A stretch of 64,000 nt of DNA from Bacteroidales bacterium (GTDB lineage: Bacteria > Bacteroidota > Bacteroidia > Bacteroidales > ML635J-15), in the NCBI GenBank assembly GCA_017617125.1, contig JAFZWY010000002.1:3386-67385 (forward strand), read 5' to 3'. Below are positions 16,923 through 25,993 of this stretch, one piece after another (the first letter of the stretch is position 1; each line of letters opens with the position of its first letter). Position numbers and translations under genes: made by a program. Below the pieces are notes generated by a model. It ran no database searches, was not told the origin of the DNA, and was given only the letters and a program-made list of their open reading frames with translations.

Positions 16923-17795
16923 TTACTTTACAATATTGTAATTACGATACTGCCCCACATGCAAACCCATTTTTTCAAAGAAAGCCTTTATCTTGTCTTT
17001 GAAACTCGTACGGTTGCAAGACAAGTCGTAGTCGAACTTCCAGTTGAGACGGGCAATCCTGTCGAGCATTACCTGCGGATGAGTTTCTGTAAAACGGCTT
17101 AGCGAATCGATGTTCGAATAGTCGAACTTGTCGGCCTTCTGCACATTCTCCTCTATCCACTTCTCGTCGTGCCACAGCTTGTTAAAGTCCTCCTGCTTGC
17201 GCTGCATGGCAAACGGGTCCTTTACCCAGCCATAATGGTAAACGTAGGCATCAATCGGCTTAACATTGAGTTTCTTGTCGTCGTCCTTGCGGAAACCCTG
17301 GGCATCGCGGTACGAATAAATATTCTTGTTGTTGCGCACGATTCTGATTTCGTTCCTATACCAATGGTACGAAGTGCCTACATAATCGTACGACCCATAG
17401 AAATGCTTGTATTTGAATAGTAGTCCATCGACTCTGCTGTCATCGAGATTCTGTTCCATAGCTGTCTTTATTGCCGGAAGATATTTCTCGTGCACAACCT
17501 CGTCGCCCTGAATATAGAAGCACCAGTCGTAGCTGTCGTCGATAGCACGGAAAGCCTTGTTGGTCTCCACGGCAAGGACTTTACCGCCCTCACGAAGAGA
17601 GTCGTCCCATACGGTATCGACGATTTCTATCTTTTCGGGACAGATTTTCTCAATAAACTCCCGAGTACCGTCCTCCGAATTTCCCACTGCAACTACAAAC
17701 TTGTCGCACAATGGCAGAATCGAAGCAATTGCCTCAACTACGGGATAATCGTACTTTATCGCATTGCGAATAAATGTAAAACCGCAAACTTTCAT
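16923..17795 (-). CDS. Glycosyltransferase family 2 protein
   Basis: 290 aa with N-terminus MKVCGFTFIRNAIKYDYPVVEAIASILPLCDKFVVAVGNSEDGT, typical of a conserved Bacteroidota GT2 group. It has a 4-nt ATGA overlap with the upstream gene. Confidence 0.8.
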   Translation of the reverse strand: MKVCGFTFIRNAIKYDYPVVEAIASILPLCDKFVVAVGNSEDGTREFIEKICPEKIEIVDTVWDDSLREGGKVLAVETNKAFRAIDDSYDWCFYIQGDEVVHEKYLPAIKTAMEQNLDDSRVDGLLFKYKHFYGSYDYVGTSYHWYRNEIRIVRNNKNIYSYRDAQGFRKDDDKKLNVKPIDAYVYHYGWVKDPFAMQRKQEDFNKLWHDEKWIEENVQKADKFDYSNIDSLSRFTETHPQVMLDRIARLNWKFDYDLSCNRTSFKDKIKAFFEKMGLHVGQYRNYNIVK

Positions 17796-18841
17796 TTCAA
17801 AATTTCATTAAGACTACAAAGGTAATCGTATTTCCACACAGAATCGTATGATATGTCAGAAAAATTCACTTGCTGCAAATCGCGCTGTGCAAATGTTACG
17901 AACCCAAACTTTTCACGGAACCGTTCTGCCAGATATTCCTGCTCGGGCTGACGAGGCGTAGGTACTAGCACAGCACGCCGACCAAGAGCCACAAGGTCAC
18001 ACAGCGAACTATAACCGCTACGGCAAAAAACTCGCTGCGCAGAAACGACAAGCGATGTTATCCTTTCGTCGGAAGGATTGTTTTCGCAGGTAACGTTCGC
18101 TGGCAACGAAATGCAATCTTCGCCGGCAACACCTCTTATTATATGCAAGCGCGCATTCGGCATTGCAGAATACTTCTCAACGAAAATATTTTCGAGCATG
18201 GTGCGTTGTGGCTCAACGCCAGACAATAACAGCAAGTCGAAATTTGCATCTATTTTCTGAACATCCTTTCCGTAAAAGCGCGACAATGGTCCAAGATGCC
18301 GAACTTCAACATCAGCTTCGGATAGTTTTCCCGATAGCGACAACTCTCCTTCGACATCCGGCACAAAACAATACTTATATTTAGCTATATAGCGCAAATG
18401 CAAACGTTTCATCATACGTGCCGACAAACTGCTCATGAAACCATTGTCAAAATTGAGCTGGTGAGTCATATAGAACGACGGCACTACTTCGGAATACAAA
18501 CCCAAGCGGTTGTCGGCGAAAACATAATCTATTGAATATTCAGCAATTATATTTTTCATAGCACGATGTTCCCTGCGAATGTTAGATGCAAAACGGAGCA
18601 TTGAAAACAAAAACGGAAGAGAAAGCATCCCGTTCCTGCCATAAATCATCTTTGCCGACGGCAATTCTACCGAAACAAGTTCTGGGAAACGATGCTTCAA
18701 ATAAGCGAGCGAATTGCCGCTACCACCAAGCACCACTTCAAAACCCTCTTCCACAAGGAATTGTACAACTGGCACACACCGTGAGGCATGGCCAAGTCCC
18801 CAGTCGAGAGGCGCAACCAATATCTTGCTTCCTGCTTTCAA
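17792..18841 (-). CDS. GT-B fold glycosyltransferase (GT28/MurG-like)
   Basis: 349 aa with N-terminus KILVAPLDWGLGHASRCVPV. The start codon in the track is TTG, 1 nt after the radical SAM stop. Confidence 0.7.
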   Translation of the reverse strand: MKAGSKILVAPLDWGLGHASRCVPVVQFLVEEGFEVVLGGSGNSLAYLKHRFPELVSVELPSAKMIYGRNGMLSLPFLFSMLRFASNIRREHRAMKNIIAEYSIDYVFADNRLGLYSEVVPSFYMTHQLNFDNGFMSSLSARMMKRLHLRYIAKYKYCFVPDVEGELSLSGKLSEADVEVRHLGPLSRFYGKDVQKIDANFDLLLLSGVEPQRTMLENIFVEKYSAMPNARLHIIRGVAGEDCISLPANVTCENNPSDERITSLVVSAQRVFCRSGYSSLCDLVALGRRAVLVPTPRQPEQEYLAERFREKFGFVTFAQRDLQQVNFSDISYDSVWKYDYLCSLNEILK

Positions 18842-18842
18842 G

Positions 18843-19607
18843 TTATGGAGTTACAAGCACATTGAAACCCAAGGAACGAATTTTCGCACCGATATTTTCG
18901 AGTTCGTCGGGTGCGACTTTCTGCAATCCCGACAGCGGAGTTTCGCGAGCAATGGAATAAACCATAACCTGCGAAGGACTAAGCCGTTTCAACGTTTCGA
19001 AATATACGCGAAGCGACTCGTCGGTTGTGTTGTCGAAGAATGTTCCGTTGATGTTTCCACGCAAAAACATTGTCTGTATTATTGGATGCTCAAAGTTGCC
19101 TGCTATATTGTCAACTATCGTAGCAATCGACAAGCCTGAAGCTGGCTGGTTTATCAGTTCGAAATCGGACTGTATGAAAGTATCAACCTTGAGTATAGGC
19201 TCATCAATCATTTTCAACGCAGCGACAACTTTCTCGTTTCCAAGGTTCGAAGCATTTGTCAGCACCGATATTTTCACATTTGGGAGATATTTGTCCCTTA
19301 GGCGGACCGTTTCGGCAACTATTTCGGGGAAGTCGGGATTAATTGTTGGCTCACCGTTGCCAGCAAAGGTTATGACATCAAGCGGCTGCTTGTTTTCCGA
19401 AAAATATTTTTCCATCACAGGGACAATGTCGCCAAGACGTGGAAGTTCAATCTTTATGCCTTTGCTGTTCCATCCGCACTCACAGTACACGCAGTTGAAC
19501 GAACAGAACTTCGCATTTACAGGCAATAGGTTTACGCCCAACGAATTGCCTAGTCTTCTGGACTTTACAGGCCCGAAAATAATATTATCGAAAAGAAATG
19601 TAGCCAT
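18843..19607 (-). CDS. Radical SAM protein (COG0731-like, unknown substrate)
   Basis: CxxxCxxC cluster motif CSFNCVYCECGW preceded by GPVKSRRLGNSLGVNLLP. I place the start at ATG 19607 because a -7 box lies inside the 20-codon extension listed in the track. Confidence 0.85.
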   Translation of the reverse strand: MATFLFDNIIFGPVKSRRLGNSLGVNLLPVNAKFCSFNCVYCECGWNSKGIKIELPRLGDIVPVMEKYFSENKQPLDVITFAGNGEPTINPDFPEIVAETVRLRDKYLPNVKISVLTNASNLGNEKVVAALKMIDEPILKVDTFIQSDFELINQPASGLSIATIVDNIAGNFEHPIIQTMFLRGNINGTFFDNTTDESLRVYFETLKRLSPSQVMVYSIARETPLSGLQKVAPDELENIGAKIRSLGFNVLVTP

Positions 19608-19626
19608 AACAATTCCAATTTTTGCA

Positions 19627-19634
19627 CAAAGATA
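19627..19634 (-). promoter_or_regulatory. -7 promoter box TAtcTTTG of the radical SAM/GT operon
   Basis: The minus strand reads TAtcTTTGtgcaaaaattggaattgttATG. Confidence 0.55.
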
Positions 19635-19665
19635 ATGAGATTTTAAACACAGAGGGGCATATAAC

Positions 19666-19690
19666 AAAAAATCCCGCTGTTGCGGGATTT
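19666..19690 (-). terminator. Terminator directly after tRNA-Lys
   Basis: Hairpin atcccgc-tgtt-gcgggat followed by a T-run on the minus strand. Confidence 0.75.
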
Positions 19691-19692
19691 TG

Positions 19693-19765
19693 TCGGTCCG
19701 GAGGGGCTCGAACCCTCGACACCCTGATTAAGAGTCAGGTGCTCTACCAGCTGAGCTACGGACCG
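19693..19765 (-). tRNA. tRNA-Lys (anticodon CTT)
   Basis: CGGTCCG TA GCTC AGCTGGTA GAGC A CCTGA CTCTTAA TCAGG GTGTC GAGGG TTCGAGC CCCTC CGGACCG A. Confidence 0.9.
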
Positions 19766-19785
19766 CTTAGCTGATTTTGCGAGTG

Positions 19786-19793
19786 CAAAGGTA
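19786..19793 (-). promoter_or_regulatory. -7 promoter box TAccTTTG of tRNA-Lys
   Basis: The minus strand reads catTAccTTTGcactc, 21 nt before the tRNA 5' end. Confidence 0.5.
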
Positions 19794-20007
19794 ATGCTTT
19801 ATTACAAACCGACAAAACATTTTTTCAATATTTTTACCAATTTACATATTTTATTAATATCCAATTATTTACACCAATAATTTTCAAAACTTTACATACC
19901 ACATGAAAACATTTTTCAGGCTAATGTGTGAGTAATGCAAGCATGTTGCAGACATAAATTTATATTTTTCCTAACAAATTGGTATTGCACATTGAAAGCA
20001 GAAACAC

Positions 20008-20015
20008 GATATTTG
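20008..20015 (+). promoter_or_regulatory. -7-like box GAtaTTTG
   Basis: The sequence is cacgatatttgcaccgcaattttcaagATG, with 16 nt to the ATG. Confidence 0.4.
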
Positions 20016-20031
20016 CACCGCAATTTTCAAG

Positions 20032-20376
20032 ATGGATAAACTGCGGAAAATATTATGCGCCATATTCCTGACTCTTTTTGTCGGGATGTTTTTAAGCAAC
20101 ACATTATTTCCTCATAGCCACATAGTTAGAGGAATGATTGTGGCGCACTCCCACCCCTACAATCCATTTTCGGGAAATGAGCACCAACATAGCGACGACG
20201 AGATAATCCTCATCGCTTACCTCGCAAATATTGCTTTAACCGAAACAGAGAATCTGGAAATTCCACCTGTTTTCCTTTCTCCGACAGAATTCATACTAAA
20301 GGAATATATTCTTGGTCGTGTACAAAGCAGTGCGATCCTGTTCGCACGTCCCCGCGACCCTCCTGCTAATATTTAA
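20032..20376 (+). CDS. Small membrane-anchored His-rich protein of unknown function
   Basis: 114 aa with an N-terminal TM segment ILCAIFLTLFVGMFLSNTLF, followed by PHSHIVRGMIVAHSHPYNPFSGNEHQHSDDE. It lies 64 nt upstream of the TonB-dependent receptor. Confidence 0.6.
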   Translation: MDKLRKILCAIFLTLFVGMFLSNTLFPHSHIVRGMIVAHSHPYNPFSGNEHQHSDDEIILIAYLANIALTETENLEIPPVFLSPTEFILKEYILGRVQSSAILFARPRDPPANI

Positions 20377-20440
20377 ATACAATAGGGAAACAAACTGTTG
20401 CCAGTAAATATTAATCAGTAGGAAATTTAACAAAAACAAG

Positions 20441-22723
20441 ATGAAAAAATATATACTGTTGGCATTTATGCTGACATTGTGTCTGTGCATAATGGCGCAG
20501 ACAAACAAGACCGATGCAAACGTTTTCGGACACGTGGTTGACAAGCAGAGCGGCGAACATCTGCCATATATAAACATAATGGTGAAAGGCACATCGATAG
20601 GCACCGCCACCGATGCCAGCGGGCACTTCCACCTCAACAACCTGCCAATAGGCAAGCTTACCATTGTGGCACAGAGCATTGGCTATATGCCCGAAGAAAA
20701 AACCATAGAGACTGCCAACGGAAAAATGATTGAGCTGAACTTCGAGATAGAAGAAGACGCCATAATGCTCAACGATGTGGTTGTTTCGGCAAACAAAAAC
20801 GAAACTAGCCGCAAGGAAGCGCCTGTCGTCGTAGGTGTAATATCGCCCAAGACCTTTGAGAACACCAACTCGGTATGCCTTGCCGAAGGACTTAACTTCC
20901 AGCCAGGGCTAAGACTGGAAACCAACTGCCAGAACTGCGGATTCCAGCAGGTAAGAATAAACGGTCTTGAAGGCTCGTATTCGCAGATACTTATCGACGG
21001 AAGAGCCGTAAGCAGCGCATTGTCGCAGGTATACGGACTCGAGCAGATTCCTGTCAATATGATTGAAAAAGTTGAGGTTATCCGCGGTGGCGGCTCGGCG
21101 ATTTTCGGTTCTAACGCAGTTGCTGGAACAATAAACATACTAACCCGCGAACCGCAGTTCAACAGCATATCGCTAGGCAACAACACCACTCTCGTAGGCA
21201 TGAAAAAAGCCGACGTAAACACGACTCTCAACGCATCGGTCGTATCGCTGAACAACAAGGCCGGCATAACGATCTTCGCGTCGGCACGGCAGCGCAGTCC
21301 GTTCGATTACGACAACGACGGCTTTACCGAAATCGGCAAGATTAACGCCAAAAATATAGGATTCCGCGGCTACTTCAAAACTACCGACTTTACAAAATTG
21401 TCGATTGAATACCATACACTTGACGAATTCAGGCGCGGTGGAAATAACCTAACACTGCCTGCCCACGAAGCCGACATCACCGAACAGACCGAACATAGGA
21501 TACACTGCGCAGGACTGAAATACGATATTTTCAGCAAAAACAGCAAGCATTGGTTCCAGATCTACTCGTCGTTGCAAAACATCGGCCGCAATAGCTACTA
21601 CGGCACTGGAAAAGATCCAAACGCCTACGGAAACACAAAGGACTTCGCCTCGGTGAGTGGATTCCAGTACGTGTTCTACATGGACAAATTCCTGTTCATG
21701 CCAGCAACTCTTACATCGGGAATCGAATACAACTACAACTCGCTGTACGACGAATCGATTGGATACAACAGGATTATCGAACAGAAAATCAACATCTACA
21801 GCGCATTCGTACAGAACGAGTGGCACAAGGAAAAGCTATCGTTCCTCATCGGCGGACGTATCGACAAGCACAATATGATAAAGAGCCCGATAATAAGCCC
21901 TCGCTGCAACATCAGGTACTCACCACTTAAATGGTTGTCGGTACGTGCCGGATACGCGAAGGGATTCCGTGCGCCACAGGCGTTCAACGAAGACCTTCAC
22001 ATCGCAGCCGTTGGTGGCGAAGTCTCTCTTATCAGCATCGACCCTGCACTAAAGCCGGAGAAGTCGCATTCGGCAAACGCATCTATCGATTTCAACACAA
22101 AATGGTCGAATTCGGCGATTGATTTCCTAGTCGAAGGCTTCTACACCGTGCTGAACGATGTATTCATCCTTGAAGAAAACGGACACGATGCGGCCGGCAA
22201 CCTATTGTTAACCAGAACCAATGGAAATGGTGCGACTGTAGCTGGCGTAAACTTCGAACTGAAATACATTCCGACCAGGAAAGTTGAAATACAGGCTGGA
22301 TTTACCTATCAGCAGAGTCGTTACAAGCAACCCGAAGTGTGGAGCGAAACCATCGAAGCACAAAGGCGCATGTTCCGCACGCCCGACACTTACGGATTCC
22401 TAACGGTCTACTATTCACCGCTGAAGAACTTCGACATTTCGCTTTCGGGAACATATACAGGCTCGATGCTCGTGCAGCATTTCGCAGGCTACATAGCCGA
22501 GGATGCTGAAACAACAACTAAGCCATTCTTCGACACCAACCTTAAACTTTCGTACTCGTTCAAACTGAAGGATGATGTCTCACTGGAGGTTAGCGCCGGC
22601 ATGAAAAACATATTCAACAGCTACCAGCGCGACTTCGACCAGGGCGAACTACGCGATGCGGGATACATCTACGGACCGAGCCTGCCGAGAAGCGTATTTT
22701 TCGGACTGAAATTTTCCATGTAA
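20441..22723 (+). CDS. TonB-dependent outer-membrane receptor with CarboxypepD_reg-like N-terminal domain
   Basis: 760 aa with a signal peptide and a CarboxypepD_reg-like segment GHVVDKQSGEHLPYINIMVKGTSIGTATDASGHFHL. Plug region (VVVSANK...EAPVVVGVIS, IEKVEVIRGGGSAIFGSNAVAGTINI). Beta-barrel with a terminal aromatic-rich strand. Confidence 0.9.
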   Translation: MKKYILLAFMLTLCLCIMAQTNKTDANVFGHVVDKQSGEHLPYINIMVKGTSIGTATDASGHFHLNNLPIGKLTIVAQSIGYMPEEKTIETANGKMIELNFEIEEDAIMLNDVVVSANKNETSRKEAPVVVGVISPKTFENTNSVCLAEGLNFQPGLRLETNCQNCGFQQVRINGLEGSYSQILIDGRAVSSALSQVYGLEQIPVNMIEKVEVIRGGGSAIFGSNAVAGTINILTREPQFNSISLGNNTTLVGMKKADVNTTLNASVVSLNNKAGITIFASARQRSPFDYDNDGFTEIGKINAKNIGFRGYFKTTDFTKLSIEYHTLDEFRRGGNNLTLPAHEADITEQTEHRIHCAGLKYDIFSKNSKHWFQIYSSLQNIGRNSYYGTGKDPNAYGNTKDFASVSGFQYVFYMDKFLFMPATLTSGIEYNYNSLYDESIGYNRIIEQKINIYSAFVQNEWHKEKLSFLIGGRIDKHNMIKSPIISPRCNIRYSPLKWLSVRAGYAKGFRAPQAFNEDLHIAAVGGEVSLISIDPALKPEKSHSANASIDFNTKWSNSAIDFLVEGFYTVLNDVFILEENGHDAAGNLLLTRTNGNGATVAGVNFELKYIPTRKVEIQAGFTYQQSRYKQPEVWSETIEAQRRMFRTPDTYGFLTVYYSPLKNFDISLSGTYTGSMLVQHFAGYIAEDAETTTKPFFDTNLKLSYSFKLKDDVSLEVSAGMKNIFNSYQRDFDQGELRDAGYIYGPSLPRSVFFGLKFSM

Positions 22724-22774
22724 GTTTCTAAAAAATACCAACAAATAGTGATTGCACGCATTGTGTAATCGCTA

Positions 22775-22782
22775 TATTTTTG
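22775..22782 (+). promoter_or_regulatory. -7 promoter box TAttTTTG of feoAB
   Basis: The sequence is TAttTTTGcagcgaaaattggaattgtaATG. Confidence 0.55.
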
Positions 22783-22802
22783 CAGCGAAAATTGGAATTG
22801 TA

Positions 22803-25205
22803 ATGAAACTATCGGAACTGCACAATGGAGAATCGGCCGTAATCGTCAAGGTTTCGGGACACGGCGGATTCAGGAAAAGGATAATGGAGATGGGATTTGT
22901 GCGTGGTCGCAAGGTGACATCCGTAATAGATGCGCCACTTAACGACCCGATAAAATACACCATAATGGGCTACGATGTGCTGTTGCGCCGCAGCGAAGCC
23001 CAACTCATCGAGGTACTTCCCGAAGAGGAGGCAAACGCCGTACTTACCGCCGAAGATGCACAGGCACCAAACTTCTTCGCCTGCACCGATTGCGACTCAT
23101 GCGGTCTGTCGTGCAACTACAAACGCAACAAGACCACACAGCGCAACATAATAAACATCGCCTTCGTAGGCAACCCGAACAGCGGAAAAACTTCGTTGTT
23201 CAACGCACTGTCGGGCGGACACGAACACGTAGGCAACTACAGCGGCGTAACCGTCGACGTAAAGACTGGACACTTCAACTACAAGGGCTATCACTTCAAC
23301 ATTACCGACCTGCCGGGAACCTACTCGCTGTCGGCATACTCGCCCGAAGAAGTCTTTGTTCGCCGCAACCTGCTCGAATCGATGCCCGATGTAATTGTAA
23401 ATGTTGTCGTAGCCTCGAACCTCGAGCGCAACCTCTACCTCACAACCGAACTCATCGACTTGAGCCAGCGCGTGGTTGTCGCACTCAATATGTACGACGA
23501 ACTCGAAGCAACCGGAGCAAAGCTCGAATACGAAAACCTCGGCTCGATGATTGGGATCCCAATGGTGCCGACTGTCGCAAAGACAGGCAAAGGCCTCGAC
23601 AAGCTGCTCGACACTATCATTGAAATGTTCGAAGGCGACAACAAGTCGGCACGTCACGTACATATTAACTATGGTACGGTACTCGAACCCGAAATCTCAC
23701 TGCTCGCCGATATCCTTCACGAGAGCGAAGACTATCCGCAGCAGTTCCCGGCACGCTACTGGGCAATAAAGATGATTGAAAACGACAAGGAAGTCCAAAG
23801 TCTGCTGAAAGATAGCAAATCGTACGAAAAGCTGAAGCAACAAGCAGAGATTTCGTCGGAAAAAATCATCAAGCAACTTGGAATTGATGCCGAAACCGCC
23901 ATCAGTGACGCTAAATACGGTTTCATCTCGGGCGCATTGCACGAAACATTTACCGAAGGTAAAAAGGAACCCAACAAACGCACCCGCAAACTCGACAAGC
24001 TGATTGTAAACAAATGGCTAGGTTTTCCGTTGTTTATTCTGCTAATGTGGCTGATGTTCAGCGTAACATTCTGGCTCGGCGCATATCCGCAGGATTGGAT
24101 TGCAACAGGCTTCGATGCATTGGGCAACCTGTTCAGCGGAATTATTCCCGAAGGTGCTTGGCGCTCGCTGGTTGTCGACGGAATAATCGGTGGTGTAGGT
24201 GCTGTTGCCGAATTTCTGCCTAACATCATACTGCTCTATATGTTCATCTCGCTCATGGAAGACTCGGGCTACATGTCGCGAGCCGCCTTCCTCATGGACA
24301 AGATGATGCACGGAATGGGACTTCACGGCAAGTCGTTCATACCTATGATTATGGGCTTCGGATGCAACGTTCCGGCAATAATGGCTACACGCTCGATCGA
24401 AAGCAAGAGCAGCCGACTGATAACCATACTTGTAGTACCGTTCATGTCGTGCAGCGCACGTCTGCCGATATACCTGCTTCTGGCAGGTGCATTCTTCCCA
24501 AAATATGCCGCCACAGTAATGATTTGCCTCTATCTGCTCGGAATAATCGTAGCGGTGCTTACGGCAAAACTTCTGCGACTGACAGCCTTCAAGCAGGACG
24601 AAACTCCATTTGTAATGGAACTTCCACCCTACCGCTGGCCTACTTTGCGTGCAACGCTGAAACATATCTGGGAAAAATGCTACCAGTACATAAAGAAAAT
24701 TGGAACAGTAATCCTTTTAGCATCAGTAATCATTTGGGTATTAAGTTACTATCCACATACTGACCTTTCGGAGACCGAACTTGCACAAACCGAAGAAATT
24801 ACGGAAGCAGAAGCCAACGAAATACAATACGAAAACTCCTGCCTCGGAATGATAGGCAAGTTCGTTGCCCCAGTGATGTCGCCTATGGGCTTCGACTGGA
24901 AAATAAGCGTAGCCGTCCTGTCGAGCATTCCTGCAAAGGAAATAGTTGTAAGTACTCTTGGCGTACTTTATGCCAGCGAAGAGGACGACCTTGGCGAAGC
25001 CATCCAGAAATCGGACGACCTTACAACCTCATCGGCATTGGCACTTATGGTATTCATGCTACTGTTCTTCCCATGCATTGCCACAATAGGTGCAGTTGCT
25101 AGCGAAACCAGAAAGATAAAATGGGCATTGTTCTCGGTATTCTACAACACTGCTGTCGCGTGGGTACTGGCGTATGTCACTTACCTAATTGCCAATTTAT
25201 TCTAA
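22803..25205 (+). CDS. feoB: Ferrous iron transporter, fused FeoA-FeoB
   Basis: FeoA domain MKLSELHNGESAVIVKVSGHGGFRKRIMEMGF, Cys-rich linker CTDCDSCGLSC, G-domain GNPNSGKTSLFNALSG and a polytopic permease. I place the start at ATG 22803 because the promoter box lies inside the track's 17-codon extension. Confidence 0.93.
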   Translation: MKLSELHNGESAVIVKVSGHGGFRKRIMEMGFVRGRKVTSVIDAPLNDPIKYTIMGYDVLLRRSEAQLIEVLPEEEANAVLTAEDAQAPNFFACTDCDSCGLSCNYKRNKTTQRNIINIAFVGNPNSGKTSLFNALSGGHEHVGNYSGVTVDVKTGHFNYKGYHFNITDLPGTYSLSAYSPEEVFVRRNLLESMPDVIVNVVVASNLERNLYLTTELIDLSQRVVVALNMYDELEATGAKLEYENLGSMIGIPMVPTVAKTGKGLDKLLDTIIEMFEGDNKSARHVHINYGTVLEPEISLLADILHESEDYPQQFPARYWAIKMIENDKEVQSLLKDSKSYEKLKQQAEISSEKIIKQLGIDAETAISDAKYGFISGALHETFTEGKKEPNKRTRKLDKLIVNKWLGFPLFILLMWLMFSVTFWLGAYPQDWIATGFDALGNLFSGIIPEGAWRSLVVDGIIGGVGAVAEFLPNIILLYMFISLMEDSGYMSRAAFLMDKMMHGMGLHGKSFIPMIMGFGCNVPAIMATRSIESKSSRLITILVVPFMSCSARLPIYLLLAGAFFPKYAATVMICLYLLGIIVAVLTAKLLRLTAFKQDETPFVMELPPYRWPTLRATLKHIWEKCYQYIKKIGTVILLASVIIWVLSYYPHTDLSETELAQTEEITEAEANEIQYENSCLGMIGKFVAPVMSPMGFDWKISVAVLSSIPAKEIVVSTLGVLYASEEDDLGEAIQKSDDLTTSSALALMVFMLLFFPCIATIGAVASETRKIKWALFSVFYNTAVAWVLAYVTYLIANLF

Positions 25206-25234
25206 TGTTCACTGATTTTATAGCCATAAACGTT

Positions 25235-25263
25235 AATTCGGACAGCCAATCGCTGTCCGAATT
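25235..25263 (+). terminator. Hairpin after feoB (weak U-tract)
   Basis: A 12-bp stem aattcggacagc / gctgtccgaatt with a 5-nt loop. It is followed by acttta only. Confidence 0.55.
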
Positions 25264-25286
25264 ACTTTAGATTCATTCAAAATAAC

Positions 25287-25294
25287 TATATTTG
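25287..25294 (+). promoter_or_regulatory. -7 promoter box TAtaTTTG
   Basis: The sequence is actatatttgcaaaaactattacacaaATG. Confidence 0.55.
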
Positions 25295-25311
25295 CAAAAA
25301 CTATTACACAA

Positions 25312-25992
25312 ATGAACAGAATCCATACATTCACGGCGAAGACAAAAATGGCCGAAATTATTACCGACTACTCGCTGCTTACAATCATCGACAGACTCAA
25401 CATAAAGTTGGGATTCGGCGAAGCCAGCATCGACGAAATTTGCCGTCGGCACAACCTCTCGACCGACCTTTTCCTGATGATATGCCGCGTGTACGCCATC
25501 GACGGATTTTCTCCAGAAATTGGCAACCTAACAAACAGCGACATTCCAAAACTTATCGGCTATCTGCAACGCACGCATAAATACTGGATTGAGAGTTTCT
25601 TTCCAAACCTGCACACCAACATACACACTATGCTCGAGTCGTGCGACGAAAGAAGCGCAAAGATTCTCAACAAGTTCTACGACGATTACGACGAAGAAGT
25701 TCAGAAGCACCTCGACTACGAAGAAAACACTGTCTTTCCATACATTACCTCGCTTGTAAGCGGTGATAAGAACGATAGGTTCCGCATCAAGGATTTCGAG
25801 AAAAACCACAGCAACATCGAAGAGAAACTGCACGACCTAAAGAACATCGTAATAAAGTACCTTCCCGAAAGTGCGTCTCAACAGTCGCGCATAAACGTGC
25901 TGAACGAGATTTTCAAGATAGAGAACGACCTCAACAAGCACTCTGTCATCGAAAACAAAATACTTATTCCGTTGGTTTCTAAATACGAATAA
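25312..25992 (+). CDS. Hemerythrin-like (HHE cation-binding) domain protein
   Basis: 226 aa. His/Glu ligand pattern QRTHKYW, LHTNIHTM, VQKHLDYEE, EKNHSNIEEKLHD, LNKHSVIE in a four-helix layout. The N-terminal 70 aa are unrelated. Confidence 0.7.
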   Translation: MNRIHTFTAKTKMAEIITDYSLLTIIDRLNIKLGFGEASIDEICRRHNLSTDLFLMICRVYAIDGFSPEIGNLTNSDIPKLIGYLQRTHKYWIESFFPNLHTNIHTMLESCDERSAKILNKFYDDYDEEVQKHLDYEENTVFPYITSLVSGDKNDRFRIKDFEKNHSNIEEKLHDLKNIVIKYLPESASQQSRINVLNEIFKIENDLNKHSVIENKILIPLVSKYE

Positions 25993-25993
25993 C

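Noticed and set aside
20377-20440. A riboswitch (for example cobalamin) in front of the TonB-dependent receptor
   Set aside because: The spacer is only 64 nt and shows no recognisable conserved riboswitch core.
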